From contig CM059432.1 in assembly GCA_030390025.1 (NCBI GenBank), forward strand, positions 118,298,001 through 118,362,000: a stretch of DNA of 64,000 nucleotides. Direction: 5' to 3'. A model generated the notes under the pieces. It was not told where the DNA came from, did not search any database, and was given only the letters and a program-made list of their open reading frames with translations. The translations under genes were made by a program, and so were the position numbers. Source of the DNA: Squalus acanthias (Eukaryota). This document shows, in pieces, positions 35,391 to 49,522 of the stretch (its first letter is position 1; each line of letters opens with the position of its first letter).

Positions 35391-38300
35391 GGCCCAGAAA
35401 TTCGGTTCCGTAGCGCCCGTTGTTTGGGACTGAATTGGGACCAAAATGGCCTCCGTGCAGCGTGCGCACACTTGTGGTGTGGACCTGCGCCATACACCAT
35501 CCATCTTGGTGAGGGTGGTAGGGCGGCCGTTAAGAGTGCGCGCTAGAAGTATGGTAAGTAGGCAGAGCATGACGCTAGCGCTGACATTTTCATTGTCATT
35601 GCTGCAGCTAATGCCCTCTCTTAACCTCGTAGAACTGAACATGTGTTCAGCAGCAGGAAGGACCCCCCACCAGCGATATTTAAAGGGATAATCAACAACT
35701 TTCAGGTAACTTGCTTTTTGATTTCTACTGGCTCTGTGTAAGTTTGTGGAACTTTTTGGAGCTTTCTAGAGTTGTTTAAAGTTGGTGAGGTGACAGGGAA
35801 TGGTGCTGCAAGTGGAGACAGCCCTGCTTCTGACTTCAAGGGTTCTGGTCAGAGCACTTGCTCCCAGTCATGGGTGCTCTAGTTGTCATCCCGCTCGGCC
35901 TGCAGCATGACAGGGAGATGGAGCAGAGGCAGCGAAGAAGAGGACAAGCTGCTCGCAGAAGGAGGAGGAGGAGGGGAAGAAGGGCTCTCAGCAGGAGGCC
36001 TTACCCCCTAGGGTCTTCCGAGAGCAATTCACTTACCTCAGCCTGAGCCAGGAGCAGCGTGTGAGACATCTGCGCTTTACGAAGGAGGTGCTCACAGAAC
36101 TCTGCCACCTCTTGCAACCAGACCTGCAGCCTCACTCCAGGGCAAGGACAGCACTGCCAATGGCTGTGAAGGTGACCGTGGCCCTGAATTTCCACACGTC
36201 GTGATTCTTCCAGGCTGGAGCAGGCAACATCTGTAACGTCTCCCAGTTTGCTGTCCACTGCTACATAAGAGAGGTGACAGATGTTCTTTATGCCAGAAGA
36301 TGGGACTTCATTATCTTCTCTCTGATCGGGGAAAGCAGACGGAGCATGCACATGACTTTGCCAGGATAGCGGGCTTCCCCTTGGTACAGGGCGCCATCGA
36401 CTGCATGCACGTGGCTTTGCGGGCGCCGTATATAAATGCTGAGATGTACCGCAACCGCAAAGGTTAATACTCGCTGATTGTGCAGTTGGTGTGCGACCAT
36501 GCTCAGCAGATCATGATGGTGAATGCCTGGTAACCTGGCAGCAGTCATGATGCTTTTATTCTGCACCAGTCTGCTGCTCCCTCAGTCTTTGAGCCACCAA
36601 GACAAACCAAAGGATGGTTATTGGGTGACAAGGGCTATCTCTTGACCAACTAGCTCATGACTCCACTCCGCAACTCAACCACACGTGGTCAGCATGAATA
36701 CAACGAGAGCCATGAAACATGAAATATCATAGAGCAGACCATTGGCGTCCGTAAACAACGCTTCTGCTGCTTGGACCACTCTGGAGGAGCTCTGCAGTAC
36801 TCACTGGAGCATGTGTCCCGTTTCGTCATGCTCTGCTCTATCCTCCACAACCTGGCCATCATGAGGGCACAGCCTTTACTATCAGGGATATGGCCACCAG
36901 CTCAGGGGCAGGAGGAGGAGGAGGAGGAAGAGGAGGAGGCAGAAGTGGAGGAAGGAGGCAACAAAGACAGACCCTTTCTGGCCAGGTTATCCGGGATCAA
37001 ATTAGCCGTCTGCAGTACGAGTGAACGCAACCCCAATTCCCCATTCAACATAAGTCCCACACCTTGCCTTCCCTCTGTTATTGACCATCACAGCGTCCTC
37101 CTGGCCACAATGCTGAAATAAAAGCTACCACAAAGCAAACTTTTCAATCAAACTTTATCCATATATCCACAATATTACATAAAAAATTTAACTAATCACC
37201 CTTGTGCATTCCCTTAGTGACTGTGTCTTGAGTGTGCCTTTGACTATCCTAGTGCTCCTACACAGTGCTACCCCAGTGGCTTAGCATGGCTGGTGGAAGG
37301 CTGGTGACTTTCAGTAGGCCTGACTTCGGACTATACCACCTCGGCATGGGCGGCAGCAGTCTGGGCTGGCTGGATGACAGGCAACAGCAAGAGAACTGGT
37401 GGAGTGGCAGTGGTGGGAGGACGAATGCTATTACCCTGAGAGAGGACAGCAGGGTTGTCCTCCACAGTTCCATTGACACTCCCCAGGGGCGGTGCCTCTG
37501 CAATCCTAGTAATCTGGTGGAGTACAGAGTGCTGGATTGCTGTGACATCCTGCAAGCCCCTTTCAACACTGGTAAACCCAGCCATGATGGCAGCAGTCTG
37601 AGCTTGCATGACTTCAGTCTGAGCTTCCACTGCAGCACTCAGACGTTGGGTGGCTTCTGCTAGTGCTGCAATGGAAGCTGAGACATCGGCCATCAGACGC
37701 TGCATGATGGTTGGGTCCACAAGTGCGTTAATGGATTTGCCCAGCCCTTCCACGCTGGATAGGATCGGCTCCACGCTCTGCTCAAAGTCCTGTGCAAGGC
37801 TGGAGCTAGATGCCTCCATGCTCCTTGACATTGCACTCAGGCTTTCTGGCAGGTCTGCCAATGCATTTCATTGTGCAAATCCGTCAGCGTTCTTCTGTAG
37901 GCCGCCCCATCGAGTTCTTCATCTGAGTCCTGTGCTGCAGAACTCGTGTGCGACCTCACCCTCCAGGGAGCTGGCACCTGCGCTATCCTTTCCCCATACC
38001 CTGGCTGCAGGCCACTTGTGCAGATCCCGCGTCATACCTATCCTCTAAAGTGCGCGGAGTGCCAGTATCCGAGCTGGTGGCTCGGAGTGTGAAATTAAGT
38101 GACGGTGTTTCTTCTTCTTCACTCTCCTCTCCCTCTTGTTTGTCAACCATTGGCTGGGCAGGCTGGATTTCTTGGGTGTCTGAAATGGGGAAGGCACAAG
38201 GGTAGGGTTGTGGTAAGGGAAGTGCGGGAAAGCAAGAGCTGCATGCTTACACCATGTGTAACTTGTAATTCAGAAGAGATTGTGGGATGAGGGGGAAGTG

Positions 38301-38990
38301 GGATGTGAGATGGAGGATAACGTATGAAGATACCAGCATCTTGTATTCCTTCAGCCCTGCCACTGGCCCAGGGCTCAGCCATGCCCCTGCCAAGAATGGC
38401 CAACACCATCTCCTCCAACGTGGTGAGGTGATGCTGGCGAGCCTGTCCCCTGCTGGTTCAGGTCTGCTGGCATCTGTTATGCACCACCTTTTCCCGCAAG
38501 AGGAAGAGCAGTGTGTCAGTGAGTGTGGTATAATGTGTTTAGGTGATGTGCCTGTCATGGTTGAATAACAGACAGTGTTTTCAAGCTGTGAGATGTGGGT
38601 GTGAGTCTTGCAGCAGTGGTAAGTGTGTGAGCGTGAGGTGAAGCTATGAATGTAAGGTATGAGTCATGTTTGGTAGAGATTGTTGGTAGGTGAGTGATGG
38701 GGGTGTGGTGCATTGAGCAGTGTGTGAGGCTAGTGGTGCAAATGGTGGGATATGGCATTTGAAGATGAATTCACTGATGTTGACCATGCGTGTGAGGTAA
38801 TTAAACTCTTCCTGCACCGAATCCAGGTCCTCCTGTAGATACTGCTGACATATCCACATTGGCGATCTGCTCCCACTGCAGTCTTGTTTGTTGCCTAGAG
38901 GGCCACCTGGCCCCCTGTGGGAAGAGGACCGCTGTTTCCTGGAGTTGAATTATACGTGCTGCCTCAGTCCTCTGAACGAGCGGGGGCTTC
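35391..38990. mobile_element. Degenerate PIF/Harbinger transposon (transposase on +, about 35870-36990; Myb/SANT ORF2 on -, about 37260-38985)
   Basis: Left TIR GGCCCAGAAATTCG; GAIDCMHV, LGDKGY and IEQTIG motifs with stops; ORF2 pieces similar to those of the 45769-49883 element. Confidence 0.82.
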
Positions 38991-39332
38991 CTATCACATC
39001 TACAATGTAATAGATCATGATGAGGATAGCTATCGGCTTCAGAAAGACATAGACAGGATGGTGAAATGGGCAGAAGTCTGGCAGATGGAGTTCAATGTGA
39101 AGAAGTGTGAAGTGATGCACTTTGGGACGAGTAATATGGCAAGATAGTATACTATAAATGGCACGATTTTGAAATGTGTAGATGAGCAGAGAGACCTTGA
39201 TGTCCAAAAACACAAATCCTTAAAGGTGGGAGGGCAAGTTGATAAGGTGGTTAAAAAAGCATATGGGTTACTTGGGTTTATAAATAGAGCCATAGAATAT
39301 AAAAGCAAAGAGATCATGCTAGAACTTTATAA

Positions 39333-39434
39333 CAGGTTATAGTCCAACAGTTTTATTTGAAATCACAAGCTTTCGGAGCGCTGCTCCTTCGTCAGGTGAA
39401 GTCCACCCCAGTCCAACACCGGCATCTCCACATC
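39333..39434 (-). mobile_element. Penelope-like terminal fragment (same family as 61559, 62865, 63876)
   Basis: Shared sequence; intact hammerhead-like core on the minus strand. Confidence 0.65.
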
Positions 39435-40179
39435 AGAACTTTATAAATCACTGGTTCGGCCTCAGCTGGGCTCTGTGGACAATTCTGGGCACCACACTTC
39501 AGGAAAGATGTAAAGGCCTTAGAAAGGGTACAGAGGAGGTTTACCAGGATGTTACCAGGGATGAGGGACTTCAGTTATGAGTAGAGGTTGGATAAGTTAG
39601 GACTGTTCTCCTTCGAACGGAGAAGGTTAAGAGGTGACCTAATAGAGGTTTTTAAGATGAGAGGTTTTGGTAGAGTAAATAGGGAAAAAAATATTCCCTC
39701 TGGCAAGTGGGTCAATAACTAGAGGTCATAGATTCAAAATCATTGGAAAAAGATCTAGAGGGGAGATGAGGAGATTTTTCATTCAGAGAGTTGTGGGGAT
39801 CTGGAACGCTCTACCTGAAAAGGTGGTGGAAGCTGATTCCATAAATAATTGTGAAAGGGAGTTGGACAGGATGAGGATGAGGAACTTACAGGGTTACGGA
39901 CAAAAAGCGGGAATGTGGGACTAAGCTCGACTGTTCTTTCAAAGAGCCAGCTTCCTTCTGTGCTGTAAGTTTTTATGATTCTATGATTATATGATTCCAA
40001 CTACGAATGCTGGAAATCTGGAATAAAAACAGGAGGTGCTAGAAATACATAGCAGTCTATCAGCATCTGAACAAAGAAGACAGGTTAACATCACAGTTTT
40101 ATTAGAACTGATCTGACAAAGGGACTCCACCAGAAATGTCTTTCCTCTTTCAAATGCCAATGAATCTGCTGTGTTGCAT

Positions 40180-40545
40180 GAAATCACAGAAATTTATGGC
40201 AGAGAAGGAGGCTACTCGACCCACCGTGTCTGTGCCGGCCGTAAAGTAGCTATCCAGCCTAATCCCACTTTCCAGCTCTTGGTCCGTAGCCTTGTAGGTT
40301 ACGGCACTTCAAGAGCATATCCAAGTACTTTTTAAATGCGATGAGGGTTTCTGCCTCTACCACCCTTTCAGGCAGTGAGTTCCAGACCCAAACCACCCTC
40401 TGGGTGAAAAAAAATTGTCCTCAACTCCCCTCTAATCCTTTGACCTATTACTTTAAATCTATGCCCCCTGGTTATTGACCTCTCTGCTAAGGGAAATAGG
40501 TCCTTCCTATCCATTCTATCTAGGCCCTTCATAATGTTATACACA
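40180..40545 (-). mobile_element. CR1 3' end fragment
   Basis: TRGHRFKVIG..FF motif in ORF 40368-40556. Confidence 0.75.
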
Positions 40546-41051
40546 TTCCTCAGCATTTTCCGCTTTTAATACAGCTGTAATTATACATGGTTCACCAGAA
40601 GGTGTTGGCTTGATGACTTTTTGATTCCTATTTTCTTTTGTTCCTATGTTACAGTAAGCTGACGTTGGGATACATTGCTATAAAGCGTTCAGCTGTCTCC
40701 TGTTCACAGATAAAAAAAAGTCCTACATATTAGGACTCATCTTATTTCAAACATATAAATGATTATCAATGTTGTGTTTTTCATTTGTTTGGTGTCTTTT
40801 TTCCACTATATATATGGTAAGTTCCATAATACAAAATTATTGCTTTTAAAATTGCTCTTTAACCATTTTATTGGTTTACATACGTTAAAATGATAGTGTA
40901 GATTTCTGAGTTCTCGCCTATGGATAGGTATCGAAGCCAATGTGAGTTGCGAATCAGAAATTATGGGGCAGTGCACCCGCAATTTTCCAATCCACAATCG
41001 AGGTGTGCTACATACCACCCTGCGGGCGAGGACTCGCACATAAAGAAAGGA

Positions 41052-41497
41052 AGACTTGCATTTCTATAGCGCCTTTCATGACCTCAGGACGTCCCAAAGC
41101 GCTTTACAGCCAATGAAGTACTTTTTGAAGTGTAGTCACTGTTGTAATGTAGGAAATGCGGCAGTCAATTTGCGCACAGCAAGCTCCCACAAACAGCAAT
41201 GTGATCATGACCAGATAATCTGTTTTAGTTATGTTGGTTGAGGGATAAATATTGGCCAGAACACTGGGGATAACTCCCCTGCTCTTCTTCGAAAATAGTG
41301 CCATGGGACCTTTTACGTCCACCTGAGAAGGCAGACAGGATCTCCGTTTAATGTGTCATCCGAAAGACAGCACCTCCTCAGTACTGCACTGGAGATTCAG
41401 CCTAGAATTCTGTGCTTAAGTCTCTGGAGTGGGACTTGCACCCACAACCTGCTGAATCAGAGGCGAGGGCGAAGCCCACTGAACCACAGCTGACATC
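41052..41497 (-). mobile_element. Deu-domain SINE (SacSINE1-like)
   Basis: tRNA-like head near 41420-41497, Deu-like body (..GAAGTGTAGTCACTGTTGTAATGTAGG..), L2-like 3' tail; a second decayed copy at about 61395-62025. Confidence 0.65.
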
Positions 41498-41499
41498 TC

Positions 41500-42730
41500 A
41501 GCAGATCAAATAGAGGATGATCTCGGGGTCCTGCAATGAAATAAAAAAGGGTGCTGGCAGAGCATCAGATGAATATGGAGGTTCTGTGCAGCCTCTCCCA
41601 AGAAGTGCAGGAAATTGCTGGGATAGCGATGGAGTCCACTGCGCTGCTACCTGCCAACATCCAAGAGCGGTGCAACTCATTGCAGGGAAACCTGAATAAA
41701 GTGTCATCTGTAGGAGTATCTTCAAACCTTCCCCAGCTTCATGAGGGATCCAGGGAAATCTGTAAACTTAATGTGGAGGCATTAAATGAAGGACTGCAGG
41801 TCTTGGGGGACCATCTGGAAAAGTCAATGTCATCCAGATTACATAGTATACAGGGTAGAATTTTTGAGGGACTAACGGACATTCAATTGACACACTTTCA
41901 GGGATTTAAAGACCGTTCTGATTCCATTAGGTCAGTTCCCTCACTAATTACTGGTAAACAGAATCCTGTTTCCAGTACCACTGGAGAAGCTGGTATACAT
42001 GCCTCAGAGGCTGCTTCCCCTGTCAGCCTGTCTCATGTTCATCCCAGGATTAGGGGGCCATGGGAGACGGGCTACCTCAATCCCAAGAGACTCATAATAT
42101 TTTGCAGTGGCTATCCATATCTCAGATCCCAAGCCTTCAAGTGGCACGTAGCAGAAGTGTTGGAATAAGGCAGAGAAAAGCTTGGTCACAAAGTGTGTAC
42201 GGTGACAGCACCAAATGATGATTTTATAATGATTAATGAATCACTGGAATATTTGTTTTAAGGACTATTTGGTTCTTTTGTGCAACAATGGGATCAGGGT
42301 AATGTACTTATATTGTGGCTCAGGATTAGGAGGCGATGGCTCGCTTTGAAGAGCAATTATTTTACTTTGACCATAGAGAGCTTGGTGAGTGGAGGCAGAT
42401 ATTCGATGGGCTGAGACTTCCATATTATACTTCTCTATTCATCCGTGAAGGTGTGCCAAAGGAGTCTGTCTCTCAGCTGTCTAACAGCCGTCACCACGGC
42501 ACCTGCTTCTTGTTCCTCATTGGCTGGTTCAGTATCAGCAGCGTCATCATCGGGCTCTTCACCATTCTCTGGGACATCTAGCTTCAGTCCTTTCCCAATT
42601 GTAAAGCAGCGAAGCATATAACCTGTCTCTCCAATTTAAAGATGGTGCTGAGCACATATTGCAAGGCAACTTCAGACCTTTCCAGACACCAGAATCTTCC
42701 TTTGAACATTGCGCAATTTTTCACTTGTTT
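41500..42730. mobile_element. Old Harbinger-like remnant (ORF2-like on +, transposase C-terminus on -)
   Basis: Acidic tail followed by AVRQLRDRLL on the minus strand resembles the ends of the other transposases; convergent layout. Confidence 0.45.
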
Positions 42731-45700
42731 CATGAAATACTTTTGAAAAAGTGTGTTGAGTGATTTGATTGCTTCACATTTGTTTCTTTTTTTATTGGTT
42801 GGTCCTCTTGACTAGTCATTCAGGATTGGTTGTTTTCTTAAGTACTCAGTGCTATCGCATACTTAGTTTTGAGTCGGTTCATGTATTCCCTACTTACTTC
42901 TAATGTATTACGGTGTGTCTTTGAGCTAATCAGTTATGTGTTACAGCATATGTGTAATCGATTATGAAACTAAAGAGACTGTTGAGTACTTGACTACAGA
43001 CCAGATCAACTCTGCTTGTATGAAAGGAGAAACATATTCTTCGTCACATTTACAAATAGCAAGTAGAGGAAGTTTTCCCGAGCAGGCTTGTGATTTCATG
43101 AGAAATCAATGAGAGGAAATATTCCCTCTCTGTTCCAAGCTGTAAAGATTTGTTGACGCTGTTCACACTCAGACTTTATAGTCATATATGGACAAGTTAT
43201 ACTTTATTTCATCTCTCCACTGTCAGGTTAAATTTTAGTCACACAGAACCAGTACGGAAAGCACACTCTTCCGACTGTGCTGATCTGTAATGAAATATCC
43301 TTAGTGTAACTCAGAAAGCAGATCAGTAAAGTGTTATCAGCCTAACGTCTGCGCTACATCTTACACTATCTTACATTTTTCAGTATTATGCAATAAGCTA
43401 ATGGAAGTTATTAATGATGTGACAGGTAGACAGGATTTTTGTTCGTAGTACTGTAATATGGAAGGTCATTCATTACATTTCCCTCCCAAAGCTACACTAA
43501 ACAATTTCACACTTACATGGTTAATCTTTAGGGCAATAAACGGGCATGTTAACTAAATAATCATTTCAAAAAATTATCCCCAAATCAGAAAAAAAGGTAA
43601 ATTTTTTTATTTGTGTTGTGAGATCCAGAGCCTGTATGCTAATGCTGTTTGTTGGTATCCAGGTAACCAAATATGCATTCTGTGGGTGAAACCTGTCAGC
43701 CTTGATGAAAGCAAATGGGATGTGAATCAGAATACACAATGTACAGTAGACACTAGAAAGTGATATCTGCCTACTTATCAAGTTAGAGGAGGTTAGAATT
43801 GCTGTTCTACATGCAGTAATATTCCAACATACCCTGCCAGAAAAGAGATGATTTTTAAGTATGTAATAATCAAAGGCAGCATAAATAGCTCAGTGTTGGA
43901 ACAGCAGGCATGAAACATGCTTGCAGAAGCAACTCTTTGAAAGAGTGAATTGTGAAGGGAGACTGATGGTGTTCAACCCTTTGAGTATTTCCGTGCAAAT
44001 TTCAGGATCTGTACATTGTTTTGTGCTTCCGTTTCTGTCCAATACTTGGAAATTACGATTGGTGGTGTACTTGTGCAAATGCTTTATCTGCTCCACACAA
44101 ATTTCTTTCTATGATAATTTAGCATAGGTGCTAATCAATAGTACAGAGAGGGATTTTGTACAGGCTCACACAAGAGCAGCATCAATAATCATTTCTGCCT
44201 TGATGTCTGTTGGCTGATTCTAGGTCAACGGCATCAATTCACTTCTGTTGTGCTTTTATTTTACTTAAATTTTAAGCCATATATTGAGCAAAACTTCTTA
44301 AATACAACGGCTTGGAATTTCCTCCCCATTTGCTGCCAGAAAGATGTGTAACCTGAGCGCAAACCAATTATCTAGCTTAAAAGGTTGCGAAATGTTGGGT
44401 GTAAGTGCGTTACGGTGTAACTACAATATACCCAAAGCTCCTTGACCTCTTTAGTTCGTCCATCGAACCCTTCATTCAAATGATGCTCCACCCATAAAAA
44501 TGGCTGCCCCCCCAACTCTCAAATGCGAGTATCCTCCAATTGTGCTTGTTCAAGGATGTCTCTTAACGTTGGCACCATATTTTCAGGCACAGCTGGTGTT
44601 TAAGTACAATTTTTTGAGTGTTTTTGTCAAATTTATCCTCATTGAGATCCGCTCATTATTTTCTGTTTATTCGAATGGATTTTTATGGCTTAAATATAAA
44701 TCACATCAAAAATTGAAAAGCTTCCCCAATTGCAGGTTCTTAAATATGCTATGCCTGACGTGCATGAATGATGGTTAAATAAGTTGAGACTCAAATTTTC
44801 ATACTTAAAGAAGAAATACATGGTGTGGGTTTGGAGCTTTCCTTGGGCTCCAATTGTTTATGCTGATTTGTGTTTTTTTCCACCCATTTTAAGTTCAGGT
44901 GTATTCGAATGAGATTGGGAGGTTATTTGGGTGTAACTGGACATTAGCAAAATGGCCGCAACATTAGACACATTTTTGTGTCTAACTTCCAGGTTGTGCC
45001 CAAGGAGGAAACCCCAAACCATTGAAATGAATGGTATAAATTCTTGCTACAATATAAGGCTGGAAATTATTGGCATCAATTTATGGTAAAAACAATTAAC
45101 TTGTTTATATCAAGTTCCTCTCCCACAAAGTTTCAGATTGCTTCGGCGAGCAGGAGACCAGAGCTCTGGTCTCTGAATACACAGAACTGTGGTTGACATC
45201 CAGCAGAGTACTCGCGTCTAATGGGAGTGCAGTGGTGACCCCCCCCACCCACCTCCCATTACAGTTAGCCAGCCCCCACCCACCTCCCTTCCCATGTCAG
45301 GCTGACAACCTGTCCACATAAGAAGGCGTCTTTGTTACGGAAACAACCCAGAGCATGATCTGCTGGATGCAAATTCAATGGATGAAATGGGTAGTTTTAT
45401 GCGCCGCCCAGCACAGAAGAAAAGAAGAGAATTTTCAGATTATAGCTTAGGAATTACTGTTACCAATATTACAAGGCCAGTGCTTAATACCCTTGAATGA
45501 CGTTCCTCTGTCTACTATTTTAATGGGGCGATTAAGTCATTTAAAATAAGCAGGTTAAAAACTATGTTAACATAACAGAAATAGCAATGTCAAACAAATG
45601 CATTGAGTGTTCATCTGCTAATATCAGCAAAAGTAATTACGAGGCTTATAATATTAAAATAACTTGTCCACCTTGCATCCACCTTCCATCATCGTGCTCT

Positions 45701-46366
45701 TGGGATTTATGGCTTGTGTGTTATAAGTCAGTTGCCCTCCTTATATAAATTCTTTGTATAAACTCTATGGGGGAAAAAGTCAGTTGGTTGCGTCTCCCGT
45801 TAGCGCCTTAAGAGGGCGCTAATGGGGCGCAAAGCAACTAGCGCCCAGGCACAGCGATGTTTGCACCGCTCGTGAAATTAACTAGACATTTTGCGGCGGC
45901 GCTAAACTTTACCGCCGCGATCTCCTGCGCACGCAGATCTTGACGTCATACAAGGGTGCAACGCCCATGTGGCGCCCCGGAGCAGAAATTGAGTGGCGCC
46001 CCCATCCTTTCCACCTGGCGCAACCAACGACCAGAAGACTGGGACGCTCCCCAGTCGCTGTGGGGCTGGGCAGGCGCTATTTAAAGGGGGCCTCTTCCTG
46101 TCTTTCTCTGTGGTAGACATTTTTGCACCAGTCGTTCTGAGAGAGAGAGAGAGAGAGAGATTCGGAGAGAGAGAAAGAGAGATTTCTGCATTGAGTCAAC
46201 GCTGTGTGAGGTAGTTTTGGCTACTGATCATAACTTTGCAGGTACTTTGGTTTTTGACCTTCATAACTTTGATTGCCAAGAGACTCTGGGGGCTGCACTG
46301 ATTGGCGGCGTCGTCCTGCGCCACCAGAATTGGAGGACACAGAGACGCAGAGAGAGAGTGGCAATC

Positions 46367-47446
46367 ATGGCCAGACGGAGGAGGGCCAACAGGCCTCTGT
46401 ACAGGAGACCTTACCCTCCCAGGGTATATCGCCAACAATTCACATATATTAATATGTCTGAGGAGCAGTGCTTGCGAAGGCTGCGCTTCAGCAAGGAGGT
46501 AGTCACTGAGCTCTGCCATCTGCTGCAGCCAGATCTGCAGCCTCAACTGAGGTCCAGGACGTCTCTGTCGGTGGCAGTGAAAATCACAGTGGCTCTGAAC
46601 TTTTATGCCACCAGCTCATTTCAATCAGCTACTGGGGACATCACCAATATCTCCCAGTTCGCGGTGCATTGCTGCATCCGTCAGGTCATAAATGCCCTCT
46701 TTAAAAGGAGACGAGAGTACATCTCTTTCCCCATGACCCCAGACAAGCAGCAAGAATGCGCAATGGGCTTTGCTAGGATAGCGGGCTTCCCCATGGTGCA
46801 GGGCGCCATTGACTGCACGCATGTGGCTTTGCGTGCTCCACATGAGAATGCCGAGGATTTCCGCAACAGAAAGGGGTTCCATTCCTTAAACGTTCAGTTG
46901 GTCTGTGACCACAGACAGCTGATACTCGCTGTCAATGCCCACTATCCTGGCAGCTGCCACGATGCATTCATCCTGCGCCAGACTTCTGTGGCAGAACTTT
47001 TCCAGGCACCGCATCAGCCAGTTGGTTGGCTTCTCGGGGACAATGGATATCCACTGAGCACCTGGCTGATGACACCACTCCGTACGCCAAAAACCCCTGC
47101 TGAGCTGCGGTACAACGAGAGCCATCAAGCTACCAGGAACATCATTGAGCACACAATCGGCGTGCTCAAGCAACGGTTCCGCTGTCTGGACCATTCTGGA
47201 GGAGCCCTGCAGTACTCACCTGAGCGAGTTTCCCACTTCGTAGTTGTGTGCTGCACGCTGCATAACCTGGCAATCCTCAGGACCCAGCCAATGCCACCAG
47301 GCCTTGGAGCACCACCAGAGGAGGAGGAGGAAAAGGAGGAGGAAGAGGAGGAGGATGATCATCAGCAGCACCAAGGCGGGAGGGAGGCCCACAATGTAGA
47401 AACTGGAAGGGCCGTCCGTCAACGGCTGATAGCAAGCCGCTTCTAG
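46367..47446 (+). CDS. Harbinger DDE transposase (HARBI1-like), intact reading frame (open from 46217; first ATG at 46367)
   Basis: [39 protein letters not shown]. Confidence 0.9.
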   Translation: MARRRRANRPLYRRPYPPRVYRQQFTYINMSEEQCLRRLRFSKEVVTELCHLLQPDLQPQLRSRTSLSVAVKITVALNFYATSSFQSATGDITNISQFAVHCCIRQVINALFKRRREYISFPMTPDKQQECAMGFARIAGFPMVQGAIDCTHVALRAPHENAEDFRNRKGFHSLNVQLVCDHRQLILAVNAHYPGSCHDAFILRQTSVAELFQAPHQPVGWLLGDNGYPLSTWLMTPLRTPKTPAELRYNESHQATRNIIEHTIGVLKQRFRCLDHSGGALQYSPERVSHFVVVCCTLHNLAILRTQPMPPGLGAPPEEEEEKEEEEEEDDHQQHQGGREAHNVETGRAVRQRLIASRF

Positions 47447-47916
47447 GCCCCTGCTGAGGAAATGGCTTCTGCCATTGAGAACAACATGAATGAAACCAAC
47501 CCGCAACCCCTAAGCCGGCCAAGGCAGCAATGATTCCAAAGACCAAATATGTACATTTTGAATACAAAAAGTTATTTATTTTACAAACTCTGTGTGTGTC
47601 ATTTCTTCATGACAAACTAATAGAAAGAAACACAAAAACACAGTCATTAACATAACTGGTTCTCACAATCTGGAGATAATGTCCAAAACACTAAACAAAA
47701 GTTTGACCATGAACCTCAGCCTTTAATAAAAAAATGACCAACATTTTGTCACACCTCCTACTTTTTGCTCTTCGAGGGTGATCTCCTTTCCTTGCGCACT
47801 TCCCCCCTTCCCAGCCTACTGCTCCTCCGTAATGGGACCCCAGTGGCTGCAGCAAGACTGGTGGAAGGCTGCTGATTGTCAGAACCTGAGACTGCAGATG
47901 CCCTTGAAGGACGGCC

Positions 47917-49522
47917 TCAACCAGCTCTGGGCCTGGAGGGCCCGGCTGCAGACTGCACCAACTCTGCATGGGCGGCAGCAGTCTGGGCTACAGGCGGTGG
48001 CAAATGCAATGGGGAAGTGACAGTGGTGGCAGCAGGAATGCTGTCATCTTGAGAGAGGACAGCAACTCCCTGCTCGACCGACACACTGGCACTCCCACAG
48101 GGCAGCACTTCAGCATCCGGAGCAATCTGCTGGAGCACAGATTGCTGGCCTGCTGTGGCGCGGTGAGAGCCCCGGGGAAATGTATCCGAACCAGCGAGGA
48201 TGGCAGCAATCAGTGCTCGCGTGGCCTCAATCTGAGTCTGCATGAGAGCAGTCAGAGATGGGGTCATGGCAGCCATTGACTGAATTGCAGCACTAAACAT
48301 TTGCGTGGCATCCGCCTGTGCTACAGCGAAGTGCTCCACACTCCTTGCCAGTGATTCAATGCATTCGGGCACCCTTCCCACTGCACCCATGAGCTCAGTG
48401 TGCATGTCCACCGCCTGGGTGTTCATTTCAGTGATGAGCCGCTCCTCCTCTGTGTTCAGTGCAGCAGGACTCGCTGGCATACTCTCCCTCCGAGGAGAAG
48501 GCCCCCGAGCTTCCCTACCCCCATCGGGTTGCTGCAGCCCGCTGGGTCCTGGAGCTTCACCCTCATCAGTTCCTTCCCCCCTGCTCCCCTCCAGGGAAGG
48601 CGTGTTCCCAGTGTGGGCATGGGCTTCCTCGGGAGAGGGTGGTGCTGATGCTCCGCCTTCATCTTCCTCCTCGCCTGCAGCTTCACTCCCACTGGCAGCT
48701 TGAGGGCCCGTCTCCTCAGCTGGTGAATCACCATCTGAAAGCAGGGAGGTACAAGAGTGGCTTTAGCGTGAGGACAGGGGGGCAGTAAGGGAGGAATGAG
48801 TGCAGCGATTTAGTAAGTTGGATTGAAAGTGTCAAAGGCTGGTGTTGTGAGGGACAAGTGGAAGGACAGAGGACAAAAAGGTGATGGCCTTACCATTGCT
48901 GTCCAGAACGGGGTCGGCGTCTCCAGTGGCGACGGGACCGATCACCCGCTTGCCACAATCCTGTGGACGCGCTCCTCAAGATCGCTGAGGGGTTGCAGCT
49001 GAGGCCGCCCTCCACCTGTCCATTGCTGCTGTCTCCTATATTGAGATAGCTTGGCCTGCAAGAAAAAGGACGGCGTCTGAGTAAATATACAGCCATGGTC
49101 TTGCCTGATGTGCCTCCCATAGCTGAATAGCCCTTACTGTATGCAAAGTGTGGAATGTGTGTGTGTGTTTCATGAGAGGGCCATAGGTGTTGGATGAGTA
49201 TTGGGCATTGGGGTTTTAAGACCCTCTGGCCATAGAGTGAGGTTGAGATGGAGGGATGGAGAGGTATTGAGAAAAAGCCACTCACCCTGATGACCCGAGT
49301 GAGGTCGTTGAACTTTTTTCGACATTGTATATGGGTCTGGGGCACCATGCTCCTGGAGGAGACGTGATGAGCCACCTCCCTCCACATTCTTCTGTACTCG
49401 CATGGCAAAGGCCTCCTGCCACTCTCAGGGAAGAGTATAGATCTTCTGCGCTCCACCACGCCAACCAGAGCCTCCAAGGCCCGCTCGCTGAAGCGCTGAG
49501 CTCGTTCTCTCACCCTCTCCAT
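47917..49522 (-). CDS. Harbinger ORF2, Myb/SANT-like DNA-binding protein, 3 predicted exons (49522-49286, 49055-48894, 48734-47917); 1-nt frameshift in exon 2
   Basis: RFSERALEALV..W.EVA..V..QCRKKFNDL trihelix/Myb motif; GTGAGT and GTAAGG donors, TTGCAG and TTTCAG acceptors. Confidence 0.75.

Larger units (their letters stand above)
34950..39995 (+). mobile_element. CR1 fragments flanking a Harbinger insertion (34950-35390 and 38990-39995)
   Basis: CR1 ORF2-like translations on both sides; 3' tail near 39990. Confidence 0.7.

Noticed and set aside
41551..42168. 205-aa ORF as a host gene
   Set aside because: No recognisable domain; position opposite a decayed transposase tail suggests a Harbinger ORF2 remnant.
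46217..47446. Domesticated host HARBI1 gene
   Set aside because: Flanked by TIRs and a TSD and paired with a Myb ORF2, so it is a transposon copy.
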